Of a DNA stretch of 64,000 nucleotides, positions 63,657-64,000 are shown in pieces; within the stretch, counting starts at the first letter, position 1; each line of letters begins with the position of its first letter. The notes under the pieces were generated by a model. The model was not told the DNA's origin. It searched no databases and was given only the letters and a program-made list of their open reading frames with translations. Source of the DNA: a virus; IMG/VR virus record IMGVR_UViG_3300043607_000045, positions 7,161 through 71,160 of that record; one strand, 5' to 3'. Position numbers and translations under genes: made by a program.

Positions 63657-64000
63657 TGGCCCTGAAGTTCATCGACTCCTTTGATCACTACCAGACCGCC
63701 GAGCTGTCGGCGAAGTGGACGAACCTCGTGATCGCGCAGGGGATCCGCCCCGGCGTCGGCCGCTGCGGATCGCAGGCCATGGAGATGGGCGGCCCCCCGA
63801 TCGGCGGCGTCGAGAAGGGGATCGCCTTCAACAACATCACGGGGATCCTCGGGTTTGCCATCTACGTAGTAACACAAACCTTCAACCAGACGGTGATCTG
63901 CCACTTCGGATCCGCGCTCGGGTCCAGCGTCCAGGTCTACCTCACGCGCCAGACCGATGGCAGCTTGGCGGCCTGGCGCGCGGATCCCGGCAGCGTGCTC
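63656..64000 (+). CDS. Virion/tail protein, 3' truncated
   Basis: TAATG start MALKFIDSFDHY; frame open to the window end. Confidence 0.72.
   Translation, partial: MALKFIDSFDHYQTAELSAKWTNLVIAQGIRPGVGRCGSQAMEMGGPPIGGVEKGIAFNNITGILGFAIYVVTQTFNQTVICHFGSALGSSVQVYLTRQTDGSLAAWRADPGSVL

Larger units (their letters stand above)
1..64000. mobile_element. Caudoviricetes phage genome segment, podovirus-like, probably lytic
   Basis: TerL, portal, scaffold, MCP, adaptor, ejection proteins and PolA present; dense coupled genes (ATGA/TAATG/TGATG overlaps); no host housekeeping genes, tape measure or integrase seen. Confidence 0.95.

Noticed and set aside
1-64000. Genome-wide stop codon reassignment
   Set aside because: Pol, TerL, portal and MCP are intact under the standard code, and all three stops end genes at sensible boundaries
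1-64000. Diversity-generating retroelement or retron
   Set aside because: No reverse transcriptase motif and no template/variable repeat pair noticed by eye

Overview
The window is most of a high-GC (roughly 70% by eye) tailed dsDNA phage genome, probably podovirus-like and about 64 kb or slightly larger. The virion module is cut by both window edges. Layout: (1) 1-6417 (+) end of the virion module, with a GNAT acetyltransferase and three ejection-type proteins, the last carrying a lytic transglycosylase. (2) 6414-33449 (-) a long replication and modification arm: secreted Ig-like proteins, a UDG-fused family A DNA polymerase, SLOG, HAD, macrodomain and Dam-like MTase genes, five glycosyltransferases and four small-molecule/sugar methyltransferases, a Pif1/RecD-like helicase, an SSB-like protein, an AAA_24 ATPase and a PD-(D/E)XK nuclease. 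(3) 33698-34893 a RepA-like helicase followed by a candidate iteron origin. (4) 34894-41417 small early genes and a DUF932-like gene behind divergent sigma70-type promoters. (5) 41688-64000 (+) packaging and head genes: probable TerS, holin-like and beta-helix genes, TerL, a collagen-like protein, portal, scaffold, major capsid, decoration, adaptor and tail proteins. No integrase, primase, tRNA or CRISPR array was recognised. The strongest leads are the glycan-building gene island, a very strong GATC/GGATCC excess, a major capsid protein with a hydrophobic N-terminal leader, a -1 frameshift signal in a secreted protein, and small +1-frame ORFs overprinted inside the polymerase, helicase and terminase. 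All family assignments come from reading motifs by eye; no database search was run.
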